Assembly (NCBI GenBank): GCA_038087875.1
Contig: CM075989.1
Coordinates: 620,001 to 684,000 of the forward strand
Direction of reading: 5' to 3'
From: Malacoraja senta
Lineage: Eukaryota
Length of the DNA: 64,000 bases
Below, piece by piece: positions 49,951-60,854 of this stretch. Both the position numbers and the translations under genes were made by a program. Below the pieces are notes generated by a model. The model had not been told where the DNA came from. It saw only the letters and a program-made list of their open reading frames with translations, and did no database searches. Position 1 is the stretch's first letter, and every line of letters starts with the position of its first letter.

Positions 49951-51234
49951 TATGTATTCTTTTTTAATTTTTGCTGCACATGTGTAATGTAAAGTTGGGC
50001 ATATTCACTAAGAGAATGACTCAAAGCTGTGATCCACTTCTCTTCTTTAAGCCAGCTCTGAAATGTACTTCTTTTTAAAGAGTTGGTATCTCCCAAATTA
50101 GCTCTGTGTAGGGTTCCTGTTCCACACAAGGCTGGATAAATGGTTCGGCAACAATTATTTCTAACTCAGGGTCAACAAGACCAAGGAACTAATTGTTGAA
50201 TTCAGAAAGGGGAAGTTGGGAAACCAGGTGTCGGTTTTTATTGGTGGGTTGATGGTGGAGAGAGTTAGCAGCTTCAAATTCCTGGATGACCTGTCGTGGG
50301 TGTGCAGCACATTGATCCAATTGTGAAGAAGGCAAACCAGTACCTCTACTTCCTGAGTTTAGGGAGAGTTGGTACACTACGTCTCCGAATACTCCATCAA
50401 ACTTCCACAGATGCACTGAAGAAAGTATCCTGATTGGTTGCATCATGGCATCATGGAGTGTGGCAACTACAATGTCCTGCCTCCAGATGGCAGCATCTAT
50501 CATCAAGGATCCCCATCATGTGGGCCATGCTCTCTTCTCACTGCTACCGACAGGTCGGAGCTACAGAATCCTGTAGTCCCACACCACAGGTCAGCAACAG
50601 CCATGTTACTACTATGGTCAGATTCTTGTACCGACCTACACAACTCTAATACTACTTCAGCAGTGGAACACTACAGACCACCTTGTACTGGCATGGACTT
50701 GGTTTCTTCTATTCTAATTATGTTTTTGCACAAATGGTCTGTTTTTATTGCAGTCTTTCTTTTATAATATTTTGTGTAATTTATGCAAAATGTGTTTTTT
50801 GTGTGTTTCTCCATGTGCCTGTGATCCTGCTGATTTTCACTACTCCTATACCTCACCCTACGTGTGTATATGACAATAGACTTGAACTCCTTCCACCTCT
50901 TCCCATGTCCCTCATCACCACTTCAGATGCCCCTCTCTCCTCAGTATCTATCTGATTCCTCACAAATCCATCTCTGTTATTCATCACAAGCCCTTCTAAT
51001 GGGAATGAGGTGGCATTTCCTCGACTGCATAGAGGAATTTCTCATGAATTCCCCACTGGATTTATCAGGTCTGTCACAACTGGGGAACCAGAGACCTCTC
51101 CACCATTGCAGTGCTCCCTCAAGCCGAGAGGCCCAGTGCAAGGGCAAGTTAACAACATCTAAACTGCCAGCTGTGCTGTTCCCTCACAGGGCAACGTCTG
51201 GTGACATTTAACTGAAAGTTTTTCTGTTTATTAG

Positions 51235-51526
51235 ATTTCACAGATAAACCCTCAATATTCCCTGTTGAATCTGTGGAAGGAAAGACTGTGAATGTAACCT
51301 GCACCTTCAACACCACATGTGATGGAACAGCTCCCAACTTAACCTGGGTCACCCCCACTGATGAACCACTGTCAGTCTCACAGTGTAACTCAGTGGGGTA
51401 ACAGTCTGACATATACTTCTGTTGTGTCCCTGACCCCAGCGCTCCAACATCACGGGCAAAACCTCACCTGCCGATTCAGATACTTAACTGTTTCATCGGA
51501 GCAGACCCTCACACTGACTGTGCAAT
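51235..51526 (+). pseudogene. Siglec-like copy 2, C2 Ig exon with 2-bp frameshift deletion
   Basis: Near-identical to 648-941, but tctcacagtg replaces tctcacacagtg at about 51380. Confidence 0.85.
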
Positions 51527-52125
51527 GTAAGTATGAAGATTATTTATTGTACACAAACAACAATAGTCGGCATTGTACACAGCATGATTCCACAGCAACA
51601 TTGTAAAACTGGCAGAAACGTCTGTCTTTTCCCAAGTAACTCTGGCAAGGACACTTGGGATACTCCTCTCCTGCTTCAGGAGACACTCCCACTGCACTGC
51701 CCCTCCTGCTGGGCGACGCTCCCTCAATACTGCCCCTCCCCAGGGTTGATGCTCCCTCAGTATTGCCCCTTACAAAGTGTGGAGCTCCCACTGTAGTGGC
51801 CCTCCCAATGTGGTGCTCTCTCAGTACCGCCCCTCCCACAGTGCGGCACTCCCTCAGTACTGCCCACCAGCCAGCACAGCTCTCTCTCACTAGTGACCCT
51901 CCCACAGTGTGGCACACCCTCAACACTGCCCCATTAACAGTATGGAGCTCCCTCAGCACTGCCCCATAATATGCTGCATTATGCCCTTTCTATCATATAG
52001 CAATTTACTCGGTTGCCTGAATTATGACAGATAAAAACTTGCATGAATATCAGACGTTTTCCACCAGTGATCTCTAAAGATGCCCCACAACTGGTGCCCA
52101 GGCACTGATCTGTATTTGCTTTTAG

Positions 52126-52407
52126 ATTCCCCACAGAATCTCTCAATCACTTCTTCCGACAAGGTGAACAATTCCTGGGTCAGTATAAAGGAAGGGAACG
52201 CTACAGCGATCCTCTGCTCTGTCCAGAGTTTCCCAGCATCTAACCTGACATGGAGACATCTCGATGTCACACTGAACAGAACAAGTTCCAACAACGAGCT
52301 GTGGTTGGAGTTCCCTCAGGTGACACCGCGCCTCACTGGGGTCTATCATTGTGTGGCGGAGAATAAACATGGGGCATCGGAGAGGACCGTGACCCTCGCC
52401 ATAGAAC
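52126..52407 (+). pseudogene. Siglec-like copy 2, second Ig exon (copy a)
   Basis: Paralog of 1541-1822; open frame; ag/gt retained. Confidence 0.85.
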
Positions 52408-53322
52408 GTGAGTTCTATGGTGAGGGTCACGGTCCTCTCCGATGTCCCATGTTTATTCTCCAAAGAGAAACTTGAGAGGTGTTGTAAATTACCTAAGCTG
52501 TTATACCTAAGCTTTTATCAATACATAAGGGAGAAATGGGTAACTAGAGAGAGAATGGGAGCCATCAGGAATCAAGGCGGTAACCTCTGTGTGGAGCCAC
52601 AGGAGATGTGAAAGGTCATTAATGAGTATTTCTCCTCGGTATACACTGAGGAGAAACACAGGAGGACGGAGGAACTTACGGAAGTCAATGGAAGTGTCTT
52701 GAGAGCAGTTCATGTTAAGGTCGAAGAGGTGCTGAAGGTACTGTCGTGTATGAAGGTAGACAAATCTCTCGGGCCTGATCAGATATTTATGAGGACATCG
52801 TGGGAAACTAGCGAGGAATTTGCCAGAGCCCAGGCTGAAATTTACGAGTCATCTTTAAATACAGGAGAGGGGCCGGAAGACTGGAGGGTGGCAAATGTTG
52901 TGCCTCTATTCAACAAGGGCTGCAGGAAAATGCTGGGAACTATAGGCCAGTGAGCTTAACATCTGTCGTTGGAAAGTTACTCAAGAGTATTCTGAGGGAT
53001 AGGATATACAGGTATTTGGATGGACAAAGGCTGATTAGGGATAGTCAGTATTGGTTTGTACATGGGCGGTCGTGTCTCACAAATCTGATTGAGTATTTTG
53101 AAGACGTGACTTAAAAGGTCCATGAGGGTAGAGCTGCAGATGTTGTTTATATGGACTTTAGCAAAGCATTCGTCAAGGTTCGGCATGGTAGGCTGCTCTG
53201 GAATGTTAGATCGTCTGGGATCCAAGGAGAAATAGCTGAAGGGATAGAAAATTGGCTTAAATGAAGGAAACAGAGGGTGATGATGGAAGGTTCCCCAGGC
53301 CCTGATCTGTATTTGCTTTTAG

Positions 53323-53604
53323 ATTCCCCACAGAATCTCTCAATCACTTCTTCCGACAAGGTGAACAATTCCTGGGTCAGTATAAAGGAAGGGAACGCTA
53401 CAGCGATCCTCTGCTCTGTCCAGAGTTTCCCAGCGTCTAACCTGACATGGAGAAATCTCGGTGTCACACTGAACAGAACAAGTTCCAAAAATGAGCTGTG
53501 GTTGGAGTTTCCTCATGTGACACCACACCTCACTGGGGTCTATCAGTGTGTGGCGGAGAATAAAGATGGGACAGCGGAAAGGACCGTGACCCTCGCCATA
53601 GAAC
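53323..53604 (+). pseudogene. Siglec-like copy 2, second Ig exon (tandem copy b)
   Basis: Third copy of this exon; open frame; ag/gt retained. Confidence 0.85.
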
Positions 53605-53790
53605 GTGAGTGAACACACCGACGTGTCTCTCCAAAGACGAACATAAGAGGTGTTGTAAATTACCTAAGCTGTAATTACCTAAGCTTTTATCAATACATAA
53701 GGGAGAATGGAAGTGTCTTGAGAGCAGTTCATGTTAAGGTTGAAGAGGTGCTGAAGGTACTGTCGTGTATGATGGTAGACAAATCTCTAG

Positions 53791-56700
53791 TATCCGAACT
53801 GAACGAGGAGGACTCAAATGCAGGCTCAGACACAGGGCAGATCAGTTTTCAGAGTTTAATCGGTCCAAGTCGGTACACAGGTAAGTAAAAACGGAGGCAA
53901 CAGTACAATCTAGGAGCAGGCAAAAACAGTGGTTGAAAACAGGCACTGGTCGAGATAACAAGGTCAAAAGATTTCTAGAGCTGGCACGAGGTGATACAAA
54001 GTAACATACACAACGAACTGGCAATGAGAACTAAAACACAAAGGGCTTAAATACACAGCCTAACGGGATAACGAGACACAGGTGAAACACATCAGGGCAG
54101 GGCCAACAGGGCCCACGAGGGGAAACGACATGACAGGAAATGGGACCTGAAACGAGAGGAGATATGAGACACCAAAATAAAACAAGAATGCAACCAATAA
54201 TAATAAAAACAATAAGAAACAGAAACTAGATCAAACATGAGACCTGACAGCACCCCACCCCCCCCCCCCCTCCACGGCCGGCTCCTGATGGCCCAGGATC
54301 TTCAGGATGTTGGCGCCGATATTCCCTGATAAGTTCAGGGTCGCATATGTTGCGAGTCGGCACCCAAGACCGCTCCTCAGGTCCATAACCCTCCCAATCC
54401 ACAAGATACTGATGACCACGACCACGGCGGCTCATCCCCAGCAACCGGCTGATCGTAAACACTGGACCCCCATCAAGGAGCCGGGGAGGCGGAGGGGGTT
54501 TGGAGGCAGGGTCCAGAGGACTCTCCTTAAATGGCTTCAGTCGGGAGACATGGAAAGTAGGGTGGACCCTCATGGCACGGGGGAGTTGGAGACGAACCGC
54601 CACAGGATTGATGACCTTCGATATGGGGAAAGGACCAACAAAACGAGGAGCCAGCTTCCGGGATTCCACTCTCAGAGGTAAGTCTCGAGTGGAGAGCCAC
54701 ACCTTGTGGCCAGGCGAGTATACTGGAGCCGGCGTTCTTCCCCGGTCAGCCATCCTCTTGTAACGCGCAGAACTGCGCAACAGCATCTGACGAGCCCCAT
54801 TCCAAACCTTGTGACAGCGATGGATGAGAGCCTGAGCGGAGGGCACACTGGACTCCTTCTCCACAGCAGGGAACAATGGCGGTTGATAACCATAGGCACA
54901 CTGGAATGGAGAGAGACCAGAGGATGAGCAAGGAAGTGTGTTTTGTGCATACTCCACCCAAATAATGTGTTTGCTCCAAGTTGAAGGGTTCTGTGCCACC
55001 AAGCACCGCAGTCCTGTCTCCAATTCCTGGTTAAGGTGTTTAGTCTGTCCATTGGATTCCGGGTGATAACCAGATGTAAGGCTGACCATGGTGTCCAACA
55101 GAGTACAAAACTCCTTCCAAAACCTGGACACGAACTGAGGCCCCCGGTCAGACACAATGTCTCTGGGAAATCCATGAATTCGAAAAACATGAGACAACAT
55201 GACCTCCGCCGTTTTCTTGGCGGAGGGAAGCTTGTGCAATGGAATGAAGTGGACCATCTTAGAAAATCTGTCCACTACAGTCATGACTGGTGTTACCTTC
55301 AGAAGAGGGCAGGCCCGTGACAAAGTCCATGGAGATGTCTGACCAGGGGCGTGAGGGGACAGGCAGCGGACTCAGGAGGCCAAAGACAGGCCGACGTGAG
55401 GTCTTGTTCTGAGCACAAATACTGCAGGCAGCGACATACTCCTTAATCCCCCTCTCCATGGAAGGCCACCAAAACCGCTGTTTGGCCACAAACAGGGTTC
55501 GGCGGACACCGGGATGACAGGAGATCCGAGACGTATGAGCCCAGTGAATCACCTGTGAGCGAAGAGACTCGGGAACAAACAGATGATTAGAGGGACACCC
55601 TAGCGGGGACTGACTACCTGCAGTAGCCTCGGAAACTCTCTTCTCAATCTCCCAAGTAACCGCCCCAACAACACAGGAAGCAGGCAGAATGGGAGTTGAA
55701 ACCTTAGGGGCCGGGTCAGGATCAAACTCTGGAGAGAGCATCAGGTTTGCCATTCTTGGCAACAGGGCAGTAAGACAGTACAAAATCAAACCGATTAAAG
55801 AAGAGAGCCCACCTTGCTTGCCGTGAGTTGAGGCGTTTGGCTGACTTGATGTATTCCAGGTTCTTGTGGTCTGTCCAAACTAGAAACGGCTGCTCGGTGC
55901 CCTTCAACCAGTGTCTCCATTCCTCCAAGGCTGCTTTAACCGCTAACAGTTCACGGTTACCCACATCGTAATTTCTCTCAGCAGGCGAAAGTTTTTTTGA
56001 GAGGAAAGCACAGGGACGCAGTCGACCATCTGAGGGGGATTTCTGGGAGAGTACGGCCCCGATGCCCATACCCGAGGCGTCCACCTCAACCACGAACTGA
56101 AATGCCGGGTCAGGGTGAACCAGGATGGGGGCTGAGGTGAAGCTCCTCTGGAGTCTCATAAATGCAGTTTCTGCTTGAGGGGACCAAGGGAAAGGCACGT
56201 GGGGTGAGGTGAGAGCATGAAGTGGTGCAGCAGTGACACTAAAGTTCCGGATAAACTTCCTATAAAAATTAGCAAACCCAAGGAACCCCTGAAGTCGCTT
56301 ACGACTGGAGGGTGTAGGCCAGTTGACCACAGCACTGACCTTGTTCGGGTCCATCTGTATACCAGCAGGTGATACAACATAACCAAGGAATAGAACAGTG
56401 TTAGCATGAAATTCACATTTCTCAGCTTTCACAAACAGATCATTCTGTGCAAACGTTCCAGCACCTGGTGTACATGCTGCACATGGGAAGTTTCGTCTGG
56501 AGAAAAGATCAAAATGTCATCAAGGTACACAAACACAAATTTGTTCAGCATGTCACGTAATACATCATTAACCAGGCCTTGAACAACTGCTGGAGTATTA
56601 GTAAGACCAAACGGCATGACCATATATTCATAATGACCACTGGATGTGTTAAACGCAGTTTTCCATTCATCCCCCTCCCTTATCCTCACCAGATGATAAG

Positions 56701-59174
56701 CATTTCTAAGATCTAACTTAGTGAATACTTTAGCGTCTTTTAACAGTTCAAATGCAGAGGAGATCAGAGGAAGAGGGTACCTGTTCTTAACAGTAATGTC
56801 ATTGAGTCCTCTGTAGTCAATGCAGGGCCGAAGTGTTTTATCCTTTTTATCCACAAAGAAGAATCCAGCTCCTGCAGGTGAAGAGGAAGGTCTGATGATC
56901 CCAGCAGCAAGGCCGTCGCCAATGTACTTTTCCATGGTGAGCTGCACAGGTGAAGACAAGGAGTAGAGATGACCCTTAGGAGGCGCTGTACCTGGCAGAA
57001 GGTTGATGCAGCAGTCGTACAGTCTATGCGGCGGAAGAGATGTGGCCTTGGCCTTGTTGAACACCTCCTTCAGGTCCAGATAACACGAGGGAACATTGGT
57101 GAGATCTGGAAAGTCCCCCTCCCTTGAATGGGGAGGCTGCCGGAGGGTGGTCCTGGAAGACCCCAGCAAACTGCTCCTCGACAGATCTTTCATAGGCTCA
57201 GGAGAAGAATCATGCACCAGACAGGTGAGTTTACAGTTATTCCCCCAGGAAATTACTTCCCCAGTACCCCAGTTCATGTGAGGATTATGGTCAGACAGCC
57301 AAGGGAGCCCCAAAACCAGAGGATGAAGAGTCGAGGAGGTGAAACCTGATGGTCTCAATGTGATTACCTGCCACGACGAGTTGAACAGGTTGAGTTCGGT
57401 GAGTTACCCTGCACAGTAGGCGCCCATCCAGTGCATCCAGCGCCCATCCAGAGGATTTTGAAGCTGTTCACGTTCCAGCTTGAATTCATCAGCCAAGCGA
57501 ATGTCCAAGAAGTTCTCATCTGCCCCAGAATCAACCAAAGCCTGCAGGGAGTGACGCTGGGAATGCACCAACAATTGTACAGCCGTGAGTTGATGAGAGG
57601 AAAGGCTCATAGGAGCGGTACAACTCACCAATGTCCTCTCTTTCATTGGTGAGTTTTATCTTTTACTGAACAGCTGTTCAACAAATGTCCCAGTTCACCA
57701 CAGTAAAAACACCTCCCCTTACAGGCGGCGCTGCCGCTCCTCCGGGCTGAGTTAGGCTCGTCCCACCTGCATGGGCTCCTCCGAAGAGACAGGTGGCGCT
57801 GTAGGCTGACTGGACCGGTCGAGAGGGAAGAAGTCCTGACCGGAAGACGAAGGGCGATGCTGCCGCCACTGCTGGGAGGAGGACCGAACTGCAGCCGATC
57901 TCCTCTCTCGCTCTCTTTCTCTGAGCCTAGCGTCAATCTGGACAGCCAGGGAAATCATAGACTCGAAGTCGGAAGGCAGAGTTAGTGGAGCCAACTGATC
58001 TTTGATAGCTTCAGACAATCCATTGCGAAAAGCATCCAACAAAGCAGCCTCATTCCATCCACTCTTAGCAGCAACAGTTCGAAAGTCAATAGCAAAATCC
58101 ATAACTGTGCGATTACCTTGTTTCATGGAGACCAGGTTCTGTGAAGCCTCTCGGCCAGGATTGGAGTGATCAAACGTGCGGGACAGAGCTTCCATGAACA
58201 GGACCGACGCCTGGCAAACAGGAGAATTCCGAGACCATTCCGCCGTGGCCCAAGCCTCCGCTCTGCCCGACATGTGTGTGATGATAAAGGCTACCCTTGA
58301 GCGTTCTGATGGAAAGGAAGCCGCTTGAAGTTTGAAATGCAGTCCACACTGAATCAAAAAAGGTCTACACTTCTCCGATTCCCCCGAGAAGTGTTCCGGT
58401 CTTGCCAGGTGGACGAATGGAGATGCTGCGGCAGCCGTGGCCATCGGAGCTCCTGGAGACACAGACAAGGAAACAGACTCGGCCGGCACGGGAGCCGCGG
58501 CAGGGAAAAAAGAATCCAGCCGAGCAACCAGGTGTTCAAACCAGGAACTTAAAGTGTTCACCTGTGAGCCGATGTCCGCCTGGAAGCCCTGCTGACGCTC
58601 GCCGAGATCCCGGAACCCGGCGAAGATCGAGGTGAGTTGACCCTCGTAATGCGAGATGCGCTCCTCTTGCTTATGGAGCGCTGCGCGAAAAAGATCAGAG
58701 CCCGCTGAGTCCATTGTTGGCCTGTTCGTAATATCAGAACTGAACGAGGAGGAGGACTCAAATGCAGGCTCAGACACAGGGCAGATCAGTTTTCAGAGTT
58801 TAATCGGTCCTAGTCGGTACACAGGTGAGCAAAAACGGAGGCAACAGTACAATCTAGGAGCAGGCAAAAACAGTGGTCGAAAACAGGCACTGGTCGAGAT
58901 AACAAGGTCAAAAGATTTCTAGAGCTGGCACGATGTGATACAAAGTAACATACACAACGAACTGGCAATGAGAACTAAAACACAAAGGGCTTAAATACAC
59001 AGCCTAACGGGATAACGAGACACAGGTGAAACACATCAGGGCAGGGGAAACGACATGACAGGAAATGGGACCTGAAACGAGAGGAGATGTGAGACACCAA
59101 AATAAAACAAGAATGCAACCAATAATAATAAAAACAATAAGAAACAGAAACTAGATCAAACATGAGACCTGACA
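53791..59174 (-). mobile_element. Ty3/Gypsy chromovirus (Tf1/sushi group), near complete, frameshifted
   Basis: LTRs at 53791-54249 and 58732-59174; TSD TCTAG; G-rich PPT 54250-54273. Gag MDSAGS... with CFYCGELGHLLNSC, protease LVDSGA, RT YLDD, RNase H VEVDASG, integrase H..H..CSIC and SDRGPQF, GPF motif, chromodomain [17 protein letters not shown]. Confidence 0.96.
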
Positions 59175-60845
59175 TCTAGGGCCTGATCAGATATTTCTGA
59201 GGACATTGTGGGAAACTAGAGAGGAAATTGCCAGAGCCCAGGCAGAAATTTATGAGTCATCTTTAAATACAGGAGAGGGGCTGGAAGACTGGAGGGTGGC
59301 AAATGTTGTGCCTCTATTCAGCAAGGGCTGCAGGAAAATGCTGGGAACTATAGGCCAGTGAGCTTAACATATGTCATTGGAAATTTACTCAAGAGTGTTC
59401 TGAGGGATAGGATACACAGGTATTTGGATGGACAAAGGCTGATTAGGGATAGTCAGTATGGTTTTGTACATGGGCGGTCGTGTCTCACAAATCTGATTGA
59501 GTATTTTGAAGACGTGACTTAAAGGTCGATGAGCTGCAGATGTTGTTTATATGGACTTTAGCAAAGCATTCGTCAAGGTTCGGCATGGTAGGCTGCTCTG
59601 CAAGGTTAGATCGTCTGGGCTCCAAGGAGAGATAGCTGAAGGGATAGAAAATTGGCTTAAATGAAGGAAGCAGAGGGTGATGGTGGAAGGTTGCTTCTCG
59701 GACTGTAGACCTGTGACTAGTAGTGTGCCTCAGGGTTTGGTGCTGGGCCCATTACTGTTTGTCATACACATCAATGATTTGGATGAGAACATACATGGCA
59801 ATCTTAGCAAGTTTGGTGGTTTTGCAGAGAGTGAAGATGCTTTTGAAAAATTGCAGCAGGATCTTGATCGATTGGTCAGGTGGGCTGAGGAATGGTAGAT
59901 GGAATTTAATACAGAAAAATATGAGGTGTTGCATTTTTGGAAGTCTAACTTGGGCAGGACCTAAGTGTGGCTCTGGGGAGTGTTGCAAAGCAGAGGGATA
60001 TTGGAATGCAGGTGCATGGTTCCTTGTAGGTTGAGACGCAGGTAGATAAGGTGGTCAAAGTATTTTCAGAGCATTGAGTATAGAAGCTGGGAGGTCATGT
60101 TGCAGTTTTATAAGACGTCGGTGAGACTGTATTTAGAGTATTGTGTTCTGTTCAGGGCACCATGTTATAGAAACGATGTTGTCAAGCTGGAAAGGGTACA
60201 GAGAAGATTTACAAGGATGTTGCCAGGAATAGAGGGTGTGAGCTATAGGGAGAGGTTGAGGAGGCCGGGACTCTATTCCCTGGACAGCAGGAGGATGAGT
60301 TGTGATCTTATAGAAGTATATAAAATCACGAGAGAAATAGATTGGGTAGATGCACAGAATCTCTTACCCAGAGGCCTCAGACGGCAGTGGAGGCGAGTTC
60401 TCTGGATGCTTTCAAGAGAGAGCTAGATAGGGCTCTTAAAAATAACGGAGTCGGGGGATATGGGGAGAAGGTAGGAATAGGGTACTGATTGGAGATGATC
60501 AGCCATGATCACATTGAATGGGGGTGTTGGCTCGAAGGGCCGAATGGCCTACTCCTGCAGTTATTGTCTATTGTCCATTGTCAGAGAAGGTGAATCGAGG
60601 ACCAGAGGACATATGTTTAAGGTGAAGGGGTAAAGATTTAATAGGAACCTGAGGGGTAACTTTTTCATACAGAGGGTGGTGTGTGTATGGAACAAGCTGC
60701 CAGAGAAGGTAATGCAGCTGGGAGTATCCCAACATTTAAGAAAGAGGTAGACAGGTACATGGATGGGACAAGTTTGGAGGGATGTGGACCAAAAGCAGGC
60801 AGGTGGGACTAGTGTAGCTGGGACATGTTGGGCCGAAGGACTTGT
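59175..60845 (+). mobile_element. Continuation of the intronic CR1 relic paralogous to 2146-3420, with an extra CR1 3' insert (about 60373-60580)
   Basis: Near-identical to 2146-3420. Confidence 0.88.
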
Positions 60846-60854
60846 ATAGTCCTT

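Noticed and set aside
54226..58777. Domesticated PEG10/RTL1-like gene
   Set aside because: Paired LTRs, TSD, multiple frameshifts and an empty paralogous site show an ordinary retrotransposon insertion.
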